Positions 30,764 through 32,000 of a stretch of 32,000 nucleotides of DNA are shown here, piece after piece. This DNA is from Deinococcus radiodurans R1 = ATCC 13939 = DSM 20539 (GTDB taxonomy: Bacteria > Deinococcota > Deinococci > Deinococcales > Deinococcaceae): NCBI RefSeq assembly GCF_000008565.1, contig NC_001263.1, positions 174,694 through 206,693 of the forward strand, written 5' to 3'. A program made the position numbers and the translations under genes. The stretch's first letter is position 1. The number at the start of each line of letters is the position of its first letter. The notes beneath the pieces are model-generated. The model worked only from the letters and a program-made list of their open reading frames with translations. It did no database searches and was not told where the DNA came from.

Positions 30764-31591
30764 GTGGAGGTGGCTTTGAATGATTTTTTGAGTATTCCGG
30801 CGGTCAATGCCGGTCTGTATCTCGCGCTCGCCCGGCTGGGGTTCCGGCGGCAGTTCGCGTACCTGCAAGCGGCGCTGTGGGGGTTGGTCACGAATCTGTT
30901 TTTCGGGCTGCTGCGGATTTCTATTTTGCTGGCGCTGTTTGATGGGCGGCCCCAGGTGGCGGGGCTGACGGGCGGCGACGCGGTGACGTATGTCGCGCTG
31001 ACGCAGACGTTTATCGCGTCGTTTTCGCTGTTCGGGTGGTCGGAGTTCATGCGGACCATTCACCGGGGCGAGGTGGCGACCGACCTGCTGCGTCCGCTGG
31101 ACCTGCTGGCGTCCTGGGCGGCGCAGGATGCGGGCCGGGCGGCGGGACAGTTCGTGCTGCGCGGGCTGCCGATGCTGGTGCTCTTTGCGCTGCTGTGGGG
31201 GGCGCGGATGCCCGCTTTGCCGCCTGAGACGCTATTGAGCGTGGTGCCCGCGTGGGCGTGCGGCTTCGCCTACCGCTTTCTGGTCAACTGCGCCGCCTTC
31301 TGGTCGCCGGACGCGGTGGGCATCGGGCGCTTCGCCTGGGTGCTGCTGGGGCTGGGCTGCGGGTTTCTGATGCCGCTGCGCCTGTTTCCCGACTGGCTGC
31401 GGGCGGCGCTGGCGTGGACGCCGTTTCCTTCCATGCTCAACACCACCGTGGAGCTGTGGCTGGGCCTGAAAACCGGCGCGGCGGCGTGGGGAGCACTCGG
31501 CGTGCAGATGGGCTGGACCGTGGCTTTGCTGGGGCTGTGCGCCTGGGTGCTCCGGCGGGGCCTCGGGCGGCTGGAGGTGGCCGGTGGGTAG
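30764..31591 (+). CDS. ABC-2 family transporter permease (DUF990-type)
   Basis: There are six predicted hydrophobic helices. Family-typical segments are FRRQFAYLQAALWGLVTNLFFG, IHRGEVATDLLRPLDLL and FWSPDAVGIGRF. The start codon is uncertain (GTG 30764 or GTG 30770). Confidence 0.7.
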   Translation: MEVALNDFLSIPAVNAGLYLALARLGFRRQFAYLQAALWGLVTNLFFGLLRISILLALFDGRPQVAGLTGGDAVTYVALTQTFIASFSLFGWSEFMRTIHRGEVATDLLRPLDLLASWAAQDAGRAAGQFVLRGLPMLVLFALLWGARMPALPPETLLSVVPAWACGFAYRFLVNCAAFWSPDAVGIGRFAWVLLGLGCGFLMPLRLFPDWLRAALAWTPFPSMLNTTVELWLGLKTGAAAWGALGVQMGWTVALLGLCAWVLRRGLGRLEVAGG

Positions 31592-31641
31592 GGCGTCAAT
31601 GGGTGATGGACGAAGGTTGATGGAAGGGGGAGCCAGAGCTG

Positions 31642-32000
31642 ATGCGTGACCCCCATCATCCATCACCCCTCTACCATCTCCGGCTCTACTTCCTGCTGCT
31701 GCGCGCGCAGGCCCGGTCGCAGCAGGTCTACCGCCTGTCCTTTGCGCTGGACGCGCTGGCCGCCGCGCTTATCACGTTTACCGAGTTCATGGCGTTTGTG
31801 CTGGTGCTGCCCCGCTTTGGGGGCCTGGGCGGGTGGACACTGCCCGAGGTGTCGCTGCTCTACGGCCTTGCAGAACTGAGTTTCGTGGTGATGGACATGC
31901 TGTTTGGCGGCTTTGACGCGCCCAACATGAGCCAGCAGGTCCGCAGCGGCAGTTTTTCCACCTTCCTGCTGCGGCCCTTGCCGTTGCCGCTGCAAGTCTT
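31642..32000 (+). CDS. second ABC-2 family permease (5' part; gene runs off the right edge)
   Basis: ATG 31642 opens the frame MRDPHHPSPLYHLRLYFLLLRAQARSQQVYRLSFALDALAAALITFTEFMAFVLVLPRFGGLGGWTLPEVSLLYGLAELSFVVMDMLFGGFD...FLLRPLPLPLQV. It is open to the window end with G/C-rich third positions. It is not in the track because there is no stop. The track ORF at 31646 is in the wrong frame. Confidence 0.65.
   Translation, partial: MRDPHHPSPLYHLRLYFLLLRAQARSQQVYRLSFALDALAAALITFTEFMAFVLVLPRFGGLGGWTLPEVSLLYGLAELSFVVMDMLFGGFDAPNMSQQVRSGSFSTFLLRPLPLPLQV

Overview
High-GC (roughly two-thirds G+C by eye) bacterial chromosomal window. Gene content, leaderless-type promoters and small intergenic repeats look like Deinococcus (D. 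radiodurans type). No searches were run: all calls rest on motif recognition in the supplied ORF track plus reading the DNA, and hand-located motif coordinates are good to about +/-2 nt. About 30 mostly housekeeping genes are present, listed here left to right. They are prfB (partial, with its programmed +1 frameshift), rplM-rpsI, a PBP4-type D-Ala-D-Ala carboxypeptidase, rdgB, an ECF sigma factor, and gltB-gltD (minus strand). Next come a crotonase, crcB, xseA, and a minus-strand block of M48 protease, TlpA-like thioredoxin, GNAT and sanA. These are followed by an amylo-1,6-glucosidase-type debranching enzyme, an NrtR-like Nudix regulator, a FUN14 membrane protein, and a YugP-type Zn peptidase. 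The window ends with pabBA-pabC, a second GNAT, ybaB-recR, an Lrp/AsnC regulator, a Gly/Gln/Met-rich DUF937-like protein, a P-loop kinase and two ABC-2 permeases. The one clear accessory insertion is an ISDra2-like IS200/IS605 element (about 3238..4974) wedged between dacB and rdgB. It carries a Y1 transposase gene (tnpA) and a 409-codon tnpB with a Cas12-like split RuvC/zinc-finger nuclease. The 3' end of tnpB plus the right transposon end is strongly structured and should encode the guide (omega/re) RNA of an RNA-guided DNA endonuclease. This is the system most worth attention. Secondary signals are: a Y-V-H substitution in the transposase HUH motif; no canonical TTGAT next to the left end; a family of mosaic intergenic repeats, one of them a complete 102-bp MITE with 11-bp terminal inverted repeats and TA flanks; a perfect 16-bp inverted repeat between ybaB and recR; and a recurrent TANNNT box 6-7 nt upstream of start codons (leaderless mRNAs). 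Most long ORFs antisense to these genes in the track are high-GC shadow ORFs.
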